From a virus, in UHGV virus genome UHGV-0045954: 26,836 bases of DNA; one strand, 5' to 3'. This document shows positions 1 to 9,242 of the stretch, piece by piece (position 1 is the stretch's first letter; each line of letters starts with the position of its first letter). The position numbers and the translations under genes are program-made. The notes under the pieces were generated by a model. It was given only the letters and a program-made list of their open reading frames with translations, made no database searches and had not been told where the DNA came from.

Positions 1-35
1 GTTGCCAGTGCCAGATTACGGATATTTTTAGTCAT
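1..35 (-). CDS. 5' end of a downstream tail gene (tail assembly chaperone position), truncated by window edge
   Basis: ATG at 35..33 on minus strand preceded by GAGGATGG Shine-Dalgarno; begins MTKNIRNLALA; lies immediately downstream of the major tail gene as in lambda/HK97 order. Confidence 0.3.
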   Translation of the reverse strand, partial: MTKNIRNLALA

Positions 36-49
36 CACATCCATCCTCA

Positions 50-754
50 TTAACTGACGGTTACAGTGCAGGAAGTGGAGGTCACTTTGTTAACCGGGCT
101 CGCTGAATCAGAAATCTCGCAGGTATACGCACCGGCATCACCGGATGCTGCTGATGCCTTACTGAACGTTGCCGCCGTCTGTCCGGAAACAGGAGAACCA
201 CCTTTTTTCCAGGCATAAGAATAAGGCGGCACACCACCCACAGCCTCAACCGCCATTTCAAGTTTCGCTCCGGAAGCAACCCGCAGCGTGCTTTTTAAAT
301 CGACCTTCACTTTCAGCTGCTCTGTCGTCAGCACAGGCTTACCTTTCAGGCGCAGAGAAAACGTTGCAGCCACAACACCATTGGTTCCTGCAGACCAGGT
401 ATGCTGACGCACCTCTGCCATAAAGGTAAATCCGTTGCCTGACGGAAAAATAACTTTAAAGCCATACGTGGTGTCATTGTCATAGGCACTGCGCAACGCG
501 TTCTGGGCAGCATTCAGATAAAAGTTGCCTGACATGGAAATCTCTGAAGCAGCCCCAAGACCGTTAATATTTTCCTGCTCAACAGAATACAGCGTGGTGA
601 CATCAATATCCTGCTTTTGTCCTGCGGTAAACTGCACCTCTTTGATTGTACAGCTCAGGCCAAGATAGCTGGCAGAATCCAGGGTTTCTGCTGTTACCGG
701 TGCAGACGAAATCATAATTTTCGTCAGTTGCGAACGCTCAAAATTAGAGGACAT
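50..754 (-). CDS. major tail protein with C-terminal Ig-like domain (lambda gpV-like)
   Basis: 234-aa ORF, AGGAG RBS 6 nt upstream of ATG at 754; C-terminal region has Ig-like (Big_2-type) character; position after neck genes. Confidence 0.7.
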   Translation of the reverse strand: MSSNFERSQLTKIMISSAPVTAETLDSASYLGLSCTIKEVQFTAGQKQDIDVTTLYSVEQENINGLGAASEISMSGNFYLNAAQNALRSAYDNDTTYGFKVIFPSGNGFTFMAEVRQHTWSAGTNGVVAATFSLRLKGKPVLTTEQLKVKVDLKSTLRVASGAKLEMAVEAVGGVPPYSYAWKKGGSPVSGQTAATFSKASAASGDAGAYTCEISDSASPVNKVTSTSCTVTVS

Positions 755-780
755 ACTCGTCTCCTGAAAATAAAAAAAAC

Positions 781-910
781 CCCCCCCCGCGGGGGGGGGG
801 GGGGGNNNNNNNNNNNNNNNNNNNNNNNNNNNNNNNNNNNNNNNNNNNNNNNNNNNNNNNNNNNNNNNNNNNNNNNNNNNNNNNNNNNNNNNNNNNNGGG
901 GGGGGGGTGG
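781..910. other. assembly gap: 92 N (806..897) flanked by poly-C and poly-G homopolymers
   Basis: C9-GC-G15 then N run then G10; intergenic between tail-terminator-like gene and major tail gene; on minus strand the C/G runs followed by T8 would mimic a hairpin terminator but homopolymer length looks artifactual. Confidence 0.9.
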
Positions 911-928
911 GTAAAATCATTAATGACC

Positions 929-1273
929 TCAGGCTATTACCTGGAATTCAAGCGTGGCTCTGCTCAGACGGGAGTCAGGATCATAACCCTGCGTTTTAGA
1001 AATAACGGAGGGTGCCAGTTTTCTTACCGCATCAAGCGCCTGCTCACGAATATTATCTGCGTCATCAGGTACTGTCGCCCAGACATCGATCTGCACGGTA
1101 ATTCTGGATTCAGCCTGCCCATCAAGCACATCAGATACCGTGTCAGACACCACAGAAAACACCAGCCACGGCGGAGATACTGCAGGCTTTCCCTCCGTCA
1201 GCGGGACCACATAAGGATAAACCTGTCCTCCGGCCAGCTGAGACAACAGGGAATACAGTGTGCCCTCCCTCAT
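929..1273 (-). CDS. tail completion / tail terminator-like protein
   Basis: 114-aa ORF overlapping the upstream gene by 4 nt; located between HK97 gp10-like gene and major tail gene. Confidence 0.45.
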   Translation of the reverse strand: MREGTLYSLLSQLAGGQVYPYVVPLTEGKPAVSPPWLVFSVVSDTVSDVLDGQAESRITVQIDVWATVPDDADNIREQALDAVRKLAPSVISKTQGYDPDSRLSRATLEFQVIA

Positions 1274-1719
1274 TTACTTAAGACCTCATCAATAGCCTGA
1301 TTCATTCGCTGTATGGCAACCTGCGCCGCCAGCTCCTCTGTCGTATCGAAAGCCGGGCGAATGAATGGATGCGCGGGCATGTTTATCGTTCCCAGCTCCA
1401 CAAAGCGCCAGTAAAATGCATTTCGGGGATCGCTGGCTTTCATGCTGTTATCACTGTTTCCGGTTCGCAGGTTCCGTCCGCGAATGTGGACACCCGAGAT
1501 AATTTCCCCCCGACGCTTTGAACGCTGAGTGAGAACAACCACATTTTTCTTCAGTTTCCCGGTTCGCTCCGGCGCACGTTCAACAACTGCATCCCGCATA
1601 ACTTCAGCACCGGCACGGGTGGCATCGCGCAGAACCTTATTGTTTTCTGCCCTGCTGAGCGTCTCCAAATCCCGTGCAATATCCGCCAGGCCGGAAAAAT
1701 CAAGACTGAAATCCATCAC
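1270..1719 (-). CDS. HK97 gp10-family neck/tail-joining protein
   Basis: 149-aa ORF, ATGA start/stop overlap with upstream gene; family recalled from sequence (MMDFSLDFSGLADIARDLE..., IRPAFD motif). Confidence 0.55.
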   Translation of the reverse strand: MMDFSLDFSGLADIARDLETLSRAENNKVLRDATRAGAEVMRDAVVERAPERTGKLKKNVVVLTQRSKRRGEIISGVHIRGRNLRTGNSDNSMKASDPRNAFYWRFVELGTINMPAHPFIRPAFDTTEELAAQVAIQRMNQAIDEVLSK

Positions 1720-2054
1720 ACATTCCCCTTCAGGCTGCAGAGTATTTCAAGCCGGGTAGCGCGTGCATCCGGTATTGGTGGACCTTCTATACCCAGAATG
1801 GCCCCTTTAAATGCACCGGTCAGCACTTTCAGACGTGAAGTCGCTGTCACATCGCGCCGGAATCTCATCCAGACTCTGACCGTAGCCTGAGCGGTTTCTG
1901 CTCCGCCTGAGATTATCTCCCTCCCGCTGATACCCTTAACTTCTGCCCATACGGTAGCTCCCTCCGTCACCGTCTCCACCGGATGCCCTGACGGAGAGCG
2001 GGCGGTGGTGACATTCAGAATAATTACGCGATCACGTAATCTGCCCGCCTGCAT
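1716..2054 (-). CDS. head-tail adaptor / head closure protein
   Basis: 112-aa ORF, GAGGAG RBS; standard position after gp6-like connector in HK97-type head modules. Confidence 0.55.
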   Translation of the reverse strand: MQAGRLRDRVIILNVTTARSPSGHPVETVTEGATVWAEVKGISGREIISGGAETAQATVRVWMRFRRDVTATSRLKVLTGAFKGAILGIEGPPIPDARATRLEILCSLKGNV

Positions 2055-2062
2055 GTCTCCTC

Positions 2063-2380
2063 CTACAAAGGAATAAAACGATAAGGCTCCAGCAGAGAAG
2101 AAAAACCAAACGGGACTGGTGCCTTACTGACATCTGAGGAATTTTCCCGGTTTTCGCACCAGTGCCCGACCAGCAACATGAGCGCCAGCAAAACATCATC
2201 AGCTATAAGCACCCCTTCAGGATCACCTTCCGGCACCGTCTCCTCATAAAGCTTACGGTTGATAAAATTTTCTGCCTTGCGGCAGGCAGCCCGGAAATAC
2301 AGCATCAGTAACTCATCATCAGTTGCATCATCTGTATCAATACGGCACTGCGCCCTGAGTTTTTCCACTATTGCTGCCAT
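2063..2380 (-). CDS. gp6-like head-tail connector (DNA packaging) protein
   Basis: Start chosen at internal ATG 2380 (MAAIVEKLRAQ...) preceded by AGGAG; longer ORF-track start at 2560 would overlap the terminator hairpins and capsid gene. Confidence 0.55.
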   Translation of the reverse strand: MAAIVEKLRAQCRIDTDDATDDELLMLYFRAACRKAENFINRKLYEETVPEGDPEGVLIADDVLLALMLLVGHWCENRENSSDVSKAPVPFGFSSLLEPYRFIPL

Positions 2381-2411
2381 CAGAAACTCCTGCCCGCAAC
2401 ACTGTGCGGGC

Positions 2412-2436
2412 ATAAAAAAACCGCGTCGGCGCGGTC
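2412..2436 (-). terminator. intrinsic terminator downstream of major capsid gene
   Basis: On minus strand CCGCGCCGACGCGG hairpin followed by T7; a second hairpin GCCCGCACAGTGTTGCGGGC lies just before the gp6 RBS. Confidence 0.55.
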
Positions 2437-2456
2437 TGTAACTGAACAACGAGTGG

Positions 2457-3674
2457 TTATTTGCCAGTGAGCGCCTTGATGGCTGCCACATCTTCCAGCA
2501 CACAGTCAAAACGATGGAAAGCCAGAAATGCCACCTGATCAAACTCAGCATAACGCTCAACCAGACGTTTCAGTTCCATATAAGTAACGCGGCGAATGAT
2601 AAAGCGGTTGAAATCCCCCAGGAAAATGAATTTTTTTCCAGTACCAATCCCGTCAATAGCCTGATCAATAACATAAGGGATCCCCAGCACAGTAGCCGGC
2701 GTACCGCCTGCAATATCCGGCAGCCATAACGGGCGTTTCTGTCCATCCTCCATCTCTTCAATAGTCTGCAATGTGGCATCATTGAATGCCCAGCGGTATT
2801 TCGGCCCACCACGATATGCCGGATCAATGGCATGTTTCAGGGCATTCATTTCTTTCCAGGTGAAAGCGGCAGAGGCTGCAGTCTGGATGGTTCCCGTCAC
2901 CGACGCTGCCAGCCCTTTTGGCTGTAACGGTGATCCCGTTCCGGTCCCCTGAACCAGATATTTTGCCTCTCCACGACCAATACGCTGGGCAATACGGTTT
3001 GCCAGATAAGATTCAATATCCACCCCACTGTCCTGGAGCAGCTCATTGGACACACGAATTATTTTTGATGACAGCTTTTTAGCCCCCAGAATAGCGGTCC
3101 CGAACGTCACATCCTGTTCCGTTGCGGCTGTATTTTCCGCCAGCAGTTCGCCCTCTTCAGTCGTGCCATCAGACGTTGACCAGGTGATATCCTGCCCGGT
3201 TGATGTGGTCAGAAGTTGCGCCACACTGGCAATCCCGCCATAAGCCTTCATGGTGTCAATGATTTTGTTACGCATCTGCGTGGGCACCGTATATCCGCCC
3301 TGAGAATCCGTTGTTACACTCTGAGCCCGCAGTTCACGCATCAGATTACGCTCTTCAGCATTCAGTTCTGCAAATCCGGCACGCAGAAAACGGTTAAATG
3401 CCGCAGCACGCTTCTCTTCCACCGCCTTTTTCCCGTTCTCCGCCTCATTATTCTGGCGCTCTTCCGGCCCGGACTCATCCACATATGCCTGATCCTGACG
3501 GCGCAACTCTTCTTCACGGGCGATTTGCTCATCCAGCGCATCCAGCTCAGCTTTCGCCCTGTTCCACTCTGCCCGTTGCTCATCAGTCCATGCGTTATCA
3601 CCAATTTTTTCATGCAGTGCACGCATATCCTTTGCAATGGTGTTTCGTTTTTGCTTCATCTCATGAAGTTTCAT
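2457..3674 (-). CDS. HK97-family major capsid protein
   Basis: 405-aa ORF with N-terminal coiled-coil delta-domain-like region and conserved capsid core; AAGGA RBS. Confidence 0.85.
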   Translation of the reverse strand: MKLHEMKQKRNTIAKDMRALHEKIGDNAWTDEQRAEWNRAKAELDALDEQIAREEELRRQDQAYVDESGPEERQNNEAENGKKAVEEKRAAAFNRFLRAGFAELNAEERNLMRELRAQSVTTDSQGGYTVPTQMRNKIIDTMKAYGGIASVAQLLTTSTGQDITWSTSDGTTEEGELLAENTAATEQDVTFGTAILGAKKLSSKIIRVSNELLQDSGVDIESYLANRIAQRIGRGEAKYLVQGTGTGSPLQPKGLAASVTGTIQTAASAAFTWKEMNALKHAIDPAYRGGPKYRWAFNDATLQTIEEMEDGQKRPLWLPDIAGGTPATVLGIPYVIDQAIDGIGTGKKFIFLGDFNRFIIRRVTYMELKRLVERYAEFDQVAFLAFHRFDCVLEDVAAIKALTGK

Positions 3675-3688
3675 CGTCAGTAGTATCC

Positions 3689-4288
3689 TTATGCATTAAG
3701 AAGGGTCAAAAGGCGCTCACGCGCCATTCGTTCATTAACAGCTTTCTTCAGCGCACCACTCGCCCGCGCTTCCTGCCAGGCTTTCATTGAGCGGACACCG
3801 GAGTCTGCGTCCTGATAGGCCGGATATGTCACCGGGCTGACGTCATACAGACGAGAAATGCGCGTGATTTCCCGGATAACAATCCCCTCGTCGTCTTCAT
3901 ACCAGCTCTCTCCGTCACGGGCGACACGAAACGCGAACGAGGACTGGTTAATGTCACCACGCAACATTGGAGACAGCACCAGGTCACAAATAGTCGGAGT
4001 ATCCGGTGCAACAATGTCATAACGTAAACCGCGTTCATCCACCGACAATGACAATGTGCCGGCAGAACTTCGTCCGAGAATGAAATTAGGATCATGATTA
4101 AACAAGCCACGTACATCATCATTCAGTACATCATCAAAAGCCCCCGGCTTGATGATTTCACGAAATCCCCACAGAGGTTCTGAACGACTGTTAAATACCG
4201 AGCCATACCCCAGAATGTGGGTCGGGGCATTATCATATTGTTCCGCCCGCACCTCCCCGCTGTAACAGCGCGTTTCACGGTCATTCAT
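3689..4288 (-). CDS. HK97-family prohead protease
   Basis: 199-aa ORF between portal and capsid genes; family recalled from sequence. Confidence 0.8.
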   Translation of the reverse strand: MNDRETRCYSGEVRAEQYDNAPTHILGYGSVFNSRSEPLWGFREIIKPGAFDDVLNDDVRGLFNHDPNFILGRSSAGTLSLSVDERGLRYDIVAPDTPTICDLVLSPMLRGDINQSSFAFRVARDGESWYEDDEGIVIREITRISRLYDVSPVTYPAYQDADSGVRSMKAWQEARASGALKKAVNERMARERLLTLLNA

Positions 4289-5507
4289 CGTTCTTTTCCT
4301 CTTTGCCTTTCGTATCTTTAAAGTTATTCAACGGATTTGCTGCATTTACGCTGACCAGCATTTCATCCAGACCGTCAACCGGGTTCATATCCTCAAATGC
4401 CCTGGCTTCATTCCGACTCATCCAGCCATCTGTAATGGCAAAGTGATAGAACTGCGCACGCTCCTGTGGGGTCCCACGGAGCAACCCCGTGAGGTTAAAA
4501 CGAACGTAATACCCGGCAGCCCGTTCTGTACGGGTAAACAGGCGACGGTTAAGCTCCTGCTCCCAGTTCGCAACCCAGGGCATCATCGTGTAGCGAACAA
4601 ACTGAATCGCCTGCTGCGTAATATTCGAAAATGTGGCTTTTTCCAGGTCATTAATCATGTGCGCCGGGACATTAAAAATCCCTGCAATCATCGACCTGTT
4701 CAGCTTGGTCATATCAATGATCTGAGCATCCACCGGAGAAACTGTCAGAGCGCGGTAATCCAGTTGCGCAGGCAACAGCATGGTTTTATTTTCCTGGCTG
4801 CGAAGCGCTGTCACCGCCCGCTGCCACATATTTTTAAGCCTGCCCCAGCTCTGTTCGTTCAGTTCATTTTTCACAGAAATAATACCGGCAGGACGGGCAT
4901 TACCGTTAAAAAAGGCGCTGGTATACTGCTGGCCACTCATTCCCATACCAATGGTTTCAGCATGCTGCATGATCGGGCTCAGTCCCATTTTCTGATTGTT
5001 TCCCAGCGCCCTGATATGGATCATGTCGTCCGGACTTACCGCAAATGCACCCTCTTCGTTATACACCCCGTAAGTATGACGCCCACCGGTGTTAAGTAAC
5101 GTGGTTTCCCATGGCATACAGCATTCAAGGCTGGTAACCTCTCCACGACGATTACGTTTTACCCACGTATAACCATTGCCCCACCCCAGCACATGACGCT
5201 GCTTCAGTTCCCGCCACTTATAGCTGGTCTGCCAGGCATTAGGTTCATCATGAACGAGCCAGAACAACGGATGATCGCGTGCAGGCTGAACATGCTCATT
5301 CGTTTTTCGCATCACATGCAGGGGCATCTGAGCCACACTGGATGAAATAACATAAATACAGGCATAGACAGCAGCCAGCTTCATGGATGTTTCCGGACTG
5401 ACATACACATCCCGGGCAAAAATATTATCCGTCTCAGCGGCCTCTCCGGTTACCGGAACCGAGGGATTTTCCAGAGACTCACTGCGAAACAGAGCATCAA
5501 GAAGCAT
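4281..5507 (-). CDS. HK97-family portal protein
   Basis: 408-aa ORF, AGGAG RBS, follows terminase large subunit. Confidence 0.85.
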   Translation of the reverse strand: MLLDALFRSESLENPSVPVTGEAAETDNIFARDVYVSPETSMKLAAVYACIYVISSSVAQMPLHVMRKTNEHVQPARDHPLFWLVHDEPNAWQTSYKWRELKQRHVLGWGNGYTWVKRNRRGEVTSLECCMPWETTLLNTGGRHTYGVYNEEGAFAVSPDDMIHIRALGNNQKMGLSPIMQHAETIGMGMSGQQYTSAFFNGNARPAGIISVKNELNEQSWGRLKNMWQRAVTALRSQENKTMLLPAQLDYRALTVSPVDAQIIDMTKLNRSMIAGIFNVPAHMINDLEKATFSNITQQAIQFVRYTMMPWVANWEQELNRRLFTRTERAAGYYVRFNLTGLLRGTPQERAQFYHFAITDGWMSRNEARAFEDMNPVDGLDEMLVSVNAANPLNNFKDTKGKEEKNDE

Positions 5508-5637
5508 GTTTTCTCCTCATGGACACTACCAGTGCATAAAGCAGCAACAAACAGCCCGACAGCATCAGAGACGCTGGCAGACCTGCATACAGATAAACGC
5601 CAGCAGTGAGCAAACCGAAACCGATCAGCCCGGTCAT
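5497..5637 (-). CDS. possible small hydrophobic protein (46 aa) between terminase and portal
   Basis: ATG at 5637; translation MTGLIGFGLLTAGVYLYAGLPASLMLSGCLLLLYALVVSMRRKHAS; stop overlaps portal start; below ORF-track size cutoff. Confidence 0.3.
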   Translation of the reverse strand: MTGLIGFGLLTAGVYLYAGLPASLMLSGCLLLLYALVVSMRRKHAS

Positions 5638-5654
5638 ATCAGTAATAAGCTGTT

Positions 5655-7412
5655 TCACAGAATTAACAGGTCCTCATCAGGATCAAGCGTGGACAGAAAG
5701 TCATTCACGCCCCCGCCATTTACCAGAAAGCGGCTCATGGCCGTAAAAAGCGCAACAGGGCCGTCGATTTTGGCTTCAGGCGTGGATTTATTCGGGAAGA
5801 TGTTGTCGTTTTTGTCCGGTTTTACCGTAACGTTAGACATCATCCAGTTCATGACCGGATGATTGCTGTGATGGAAACGCCCGGCATAAACCAGTGATTC
5901 CGTTTCCTTCATGGCCTCTGACAGATTGCGGACCGTCTGCGGAACCTCCACCAGCGGTATCCCTTCTTCAGCCAGTGCCAGGCTGAACTGCATTGCGCTC
6001 CACGGGTCAAATCCCAGTTCCCTGAGGTTTTCACCGCCAATCCATTCCAGTAAGTCACTTTTTATCTGAGCATGATCGATAACATCACCATCCGTCAGGA
6101 TGAGCTTATCCATCTCCGCCCACTTCCGGTAAAGTTCTGCCTGCTGCCGCGAGCATCGCTCCAGCCGTCCTTCCGGAAGCCAGAATTTAAAATCAGCATG
6201 AACATGTCCGTTATCGGTTCGCCAGAGTTTTGCCGCCGCACAGATATCAATCTTATGAGCAAGGTCGACGCCGACCCACATGGGATATGTTTTCAGCTCA
6301 TGTTGTGGAGCAATGTATTCGCACTTCTCCCACTTAATCATATCCATCCAGGCAGATTCGGCAGTGACCCACACATTCATGTGTTTGGTAAAAAAATTCA
6401 CCCGCGCAGAGACCTGCTCCTTCGCTTTTTTCGCCAGACGACGCAGATCATCCCAGCGTTTACAGATGCCCAGGCCAGGATTCGCTTTCTGCCAGACCGT
6501 TTCATCAAACGGATCATCTCCCTCATCGAGCGTGTAAATGATCGCAAAGTAGGAGTCGTCTTTTACCGCGCCCTCCACGTCGCTGTTATAGCCTCGCAAT
6601 ACCTTAATGGCGTAATCGCGCTGCTCGTAGCAAATCCCTTCCTTGTTAAAGCCAGCCGTGGTGATGCCAAATAACAGAGACTGCAGACGGGCACCGGTTG
6701 CCGTTTCCAGAACGTCCCACACGTCACGGGTTTTATGAGCATGCAGCTCATCAATAATGGCGCAGTGGATGTTCAGACCGTCCAGGTTGTTTGCATCCGA
6801 GGAAAGCGGTTCAAATTTTGATGCGCTCTGCTCCTGGTAAATCGCCAGCTTGTTGAAATCAAACAACCGCCCGAGTGTCGACCGGGCTTTTCTGACCATA
6901 TTTTTGGCGTCTTCAAACACAATTCTGGCCTGGTCACGCGTGGTTGCGGCTGAATACACCTCAGCCCCGCATTCACCATCTGCCCCCGTCATATACAGAC
7001 CGATACCCGATGACAGGGTTGATTTTGCGTTTTTACGGGCAACTTCGTTGTATGCTGTCCGGAACCGGCGCACCATCACCGGGCGTCCACTGCCATCGCT
7101 GCGCATGACAACTTCCCCGGTTTCTTCATTCACCAGCGGAATGACAAAACCAAAAATATTAATGAGGATAAACACATGCCAGTCCATCAACTCAATGGGC
7201 TGACCTGCCAGCGCCCCTTTCACATGGGGTACAAATTTGTAGAAATTAAGGATGTGCTGTGCACGGGGTTCACTGAAATAAATCCCCCGCTCTTCGCCGT
7301 ACTTCAGATCATCAAGAAAACGCTGGCAGGCCAGACGGACAAATTCGCCAGCAACAATTTCTCCTGCAACAACACGTTCGGCGTAGCGGATCCCGTCAGC
7401 CACTTTTGCCAT
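5655..7412 (-). CDS. terminase large subunit
   Basis: 585-aa ORF; start overlaps terminase small subunit stop (TGATG); ATPase and nuclease regions typical of terminase. Confidence 0.85.
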   Translation of the reverse strand: MAKVADGIRYAERVVAGEIVAGEFVRLACQRFLDDLKYGEERGIYFSEPRAQHILNFYKFVPHVKGALAGQPIELMDWHVFILINIFGFVIPLVNEETGEVVMRSDGSGRPVMVRRFRTAYNEVARKNAKSTLSSGIGLYMTGADGECGAEVYSAATTRDQARIVFEDAKNMVRKARSTLGRLFDFNKLAIYQEQSASKFEPLSSDANNLDGLNIHCAIIDELHAHKTRDVWDVLETATGARLQSLLFGITTAGFNKEGICYEQRDYAIKVLRGYNSDVEGAVKDDSYFAIIYTLDEGDDPFDETVWQKANPGLGICKRWDDLRRLAKKAKEQVSARVNFFTKHMNVWVTAESAWMDMIKWEKCEYIAPQHELKTYPMWVGVDLAHKIDICAAAKLWRTDNGHVHADFKFWLPEGRLERCSRQQAELYRKWAEMDKLILTDGDVIDHAQIKSDLLEWIGGENLRELGFDPWSAMQFSLALAEEGIPLVEVPQTVRNLSEAMKETESLVYAGRFHHSNHPVMNWMMSNVTVKPDKNDNIFPNKSTPEAKIDGPVALFTAMSRFLVNGGGVNDFLSTLDPDEDLLIL

Positions 7413-7894
7413 CAGTCTCTCGCTTTTAAAAGCTCTGCCAGCGGATCAACATCATCCGGTCCGGCGGTATTTACTTTCGCCCGGCTTGCCGGTGACATAC
7501 CAAACTCTGCAAGCATCGCCCGAATCCGCTTCCAGGCATCAGCCTTCATCGCAGCAGCCGGGTGTGCCTTGATCAGCACATCGCCATTCTGCGTTTCCGT
7601 GCGGTAGGTATAACCCTCAACATCGAGTATTTCGCAGTGATGCCGGTATTCGGTGTAGGCTTCCACCAGTAACTCGAGCGCACGTGCATCGAGCTGAGAA
7701 ATGATCCCTTCCGCATTCAGCTCTTCCGCCATTCGCCTGAACCAGTACTTCCCCTGCGCCCCTAAATGTTGCGGAATTTTAGGGAGACCTTTTTCATCCT
7801 TTTTAGCGGTTTTTTTGGAGTCTTTAACTGGCCGCTTTGAGGGGTTACCTCGTATCAAATGCAGGCGTGGCGGGGTTTTCGGGGGTCCAGACAT
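7412..7894 (-). CDS. terminase small subunit (P27 family)
   Basis: 160-aa ORF immediately upstream of and overlapping the large subunit gene; basic N-terminus. Confidence 0.75.
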   Translation of the reverse strand: MSGPPKTPPRLHLIRGNPSKRPVKDSKKTAKKDEKGLPKIPQHLGAQGKYWFRRMAEELNAEGIISQLDARALELLVEAYTEYRHHCEILDVEGYTYRTETQNGDVLIKAHPAAAMKADAWKRIRAMLAEFGMSPASRAKVNTAGPDDVDPLAELLKARD

Positions 7895-8041
7895 AATCGA
7901 TTTTACCTATCAATCATTTAATCACATTCCAAAAAAAAGTTTTCGAACCTGCGGCGATGCGAGGAAAGGTCAGGCGGCGGTACTGAGCAGCCAGGGTTGC
8001 AGAGATTTGACCTGCCCCTCCCCTACAGATGGGAACTGTTA
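7895..8041. promoter_or_regulatory. candidate cos / packaging-initiation region
   Basis: Noncoding 147 bp between HNH endonuclease and terminase small subunit, GC-rich core (CGGCGATGCGAGG...GGCGGCGG); inferred from HK97-type HNH-cos-terS arrangement. Confidence 0.3.
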
Positions 8042-8392
8042 TCAATTGAGGCGTTCGCGCGCTGTTTTTGCTTTATGACAGGGCCAGCACAGACTCTGCA
8101 GGTTACTGTCTGCATCCGTGCCACCATGAGCTTTCGGAATGATGTGGTCCACAGTTCTGGCTTCAACGGCTCTCCCATTGCGCAGGCAGTTCTGACACAG
8201 ATGATTATCACGCTTCAGTATGCGCGCACGTATGGCATCCCATTTCGAGCCATAGCCACGCTGGTGGCGGCTCAGTCCGCGTTGATGCTGTACCCATCCT
8301 TCGCCACGATGTTTATCGCAGTAACCAGAACTGTCTGTGGTTGTACCTGCACATCCACGCTTACGGCAGGCGCGTGGGATTCGTGGGGGCAT
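8042..8392 (-). CDS. HNH endonuclease (terminase-associated)
   Basis: Start at ATG 8392 (MPPRIPRACRKRGC...) with GGAG RBS; HNH core DHIIPKAHGG, Cys/His zinc ligands; longer start at 8491 possible. Confidence 0.75.
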   Translation of the reverse strand: MPPRIPRACRKRGCAGTTTDSSGYCDKHRGEGWVQHQRGLSRHQRGYGSKWDAIRARILKRDNHLCQNCLRNGRAVEARTVDHIIPKAHGGTDADSNLQSLCWPCHKAKTARERLN

Positions 8393-8614
8393 ATGTACTC
8401 CAATGAAGAAGCCACCGACATAGCCTCCTCCATTCATAGTGAAACTATTTTCATCTACCCAGTAATGAATTCTTTGTAGAGTTGTGATCAATACAACTCA
8501 CTAATGGAGAGGCTTGTCCAACACGTTGGACAAGTTTCCTGTTTGATTTACTGGACACTATAGAAGGACAGAATGCCTTCATCACTCGAATAACATCAAT
8601 TAAGGAGGTTCAAC

Positions 8615-8737
8615 ATGTTTCATTCCACAAATCATCAGGCTGTAATTATGGCTGCATCAGCTTGTGCCACAGACCTTTTCCGCTTCACTTTGAGCCTGAT
8701 TCATTTCTACCTGACCGGCTCGCCTCTATCTTTTTAA
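8615..8737 (+). CDS. possible small protein (40 aa) upstream of bor
   Basis: ATG at 8615 preceded by near-perfect SD TAAGGAGGT at 5-nt spacing; translation MFHSTNHQAVIMAASACATDLFRFTLSLIHFYLTGSPLSF. Confidence 0.3.
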   Translation: MFHSTNHQAVIMAASACATDLFRFTLSLIHFYLTGSPLSF

Positions 8738-8917
8738 TCCCCGCTTTATCCAAATTGCATTGCCAGAATGCCGACAACAGACTGACATTCAAATCCTGAC
8801 TACCTCCAATAGGCTGAGCATCCACCTATATAGTTTTAATTTTCATCAATCCATTTAACTATCGTTTAATTGTTGTCACATAGGATTCTGCCGTTTTTAA
8901 CAATGCAGGATAATAAG

Positions 8918-9211
8918 ATGAAAAAAATGTTGTTTTCTGCCGCTCTGGCAATGCTTATTACAGGATGTGCTCAACAGACGTTTACTGTTGGAAACAAACC
9001 GACAGCAGTAACACCAAAGGAAACCATCACCCATCATTTCTTCGTTTCGGGAATTGGACAGGAGAAAACTGTTGATGCAGCCAAAATTTGTGGCGGCGCA
9101 GAAAATGTTGTTAAAACAGAAACCCAGCAAACATTCGTAAATGGATTTCTCGGTTTTATTACTTTAGGCATTTATACTCCACTGGAAGCGCGTGTGTATT
9201 GCTCACAATAA
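8918..9211 (+). CDS. bor: Bor lipoprotein (serum-resistance moron)
   Basis: 97-aa product MKKMLFSAALAMLITGCAQQ... with lipobox LITGC; strongly resembles lambda Bor; opposite strand to lysis genes as in lambda. Confidence 0.85.
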   Translation: MKKMLFSAALAMLITGCAQQTFTVGNKPTAVTPKETITHHFFVSGIGQEKTVDAAKICGGAENVVKTETQQTFVNGFLGFITLGIYTPLEARVYCSQ

Positions 9212-9242
9212 TTGCATGAGTTGCCCATCGATATGGGCAGCT

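Noticed and set aside
617-1300. 227-aa plus-strand ORF spanning the N gap
   Set aside because: Runs through the masked gap and homopolymers (X residues) and is antisense to the tail-terminator-like gene; an artefact of missing stops in N.
4443-5099. 218-aa plus-strand ORF inside the portal gene
   Set aside because: Antisense to a well-supported portal gene; Cys/Arg/His-rich low-complexity translation typical of antisense frames. The same applies to 3216..3683, 6072..6674, 6850..7203, 7176..7607 and 7997..8479 opposite capsid, terminase and HNH genes.
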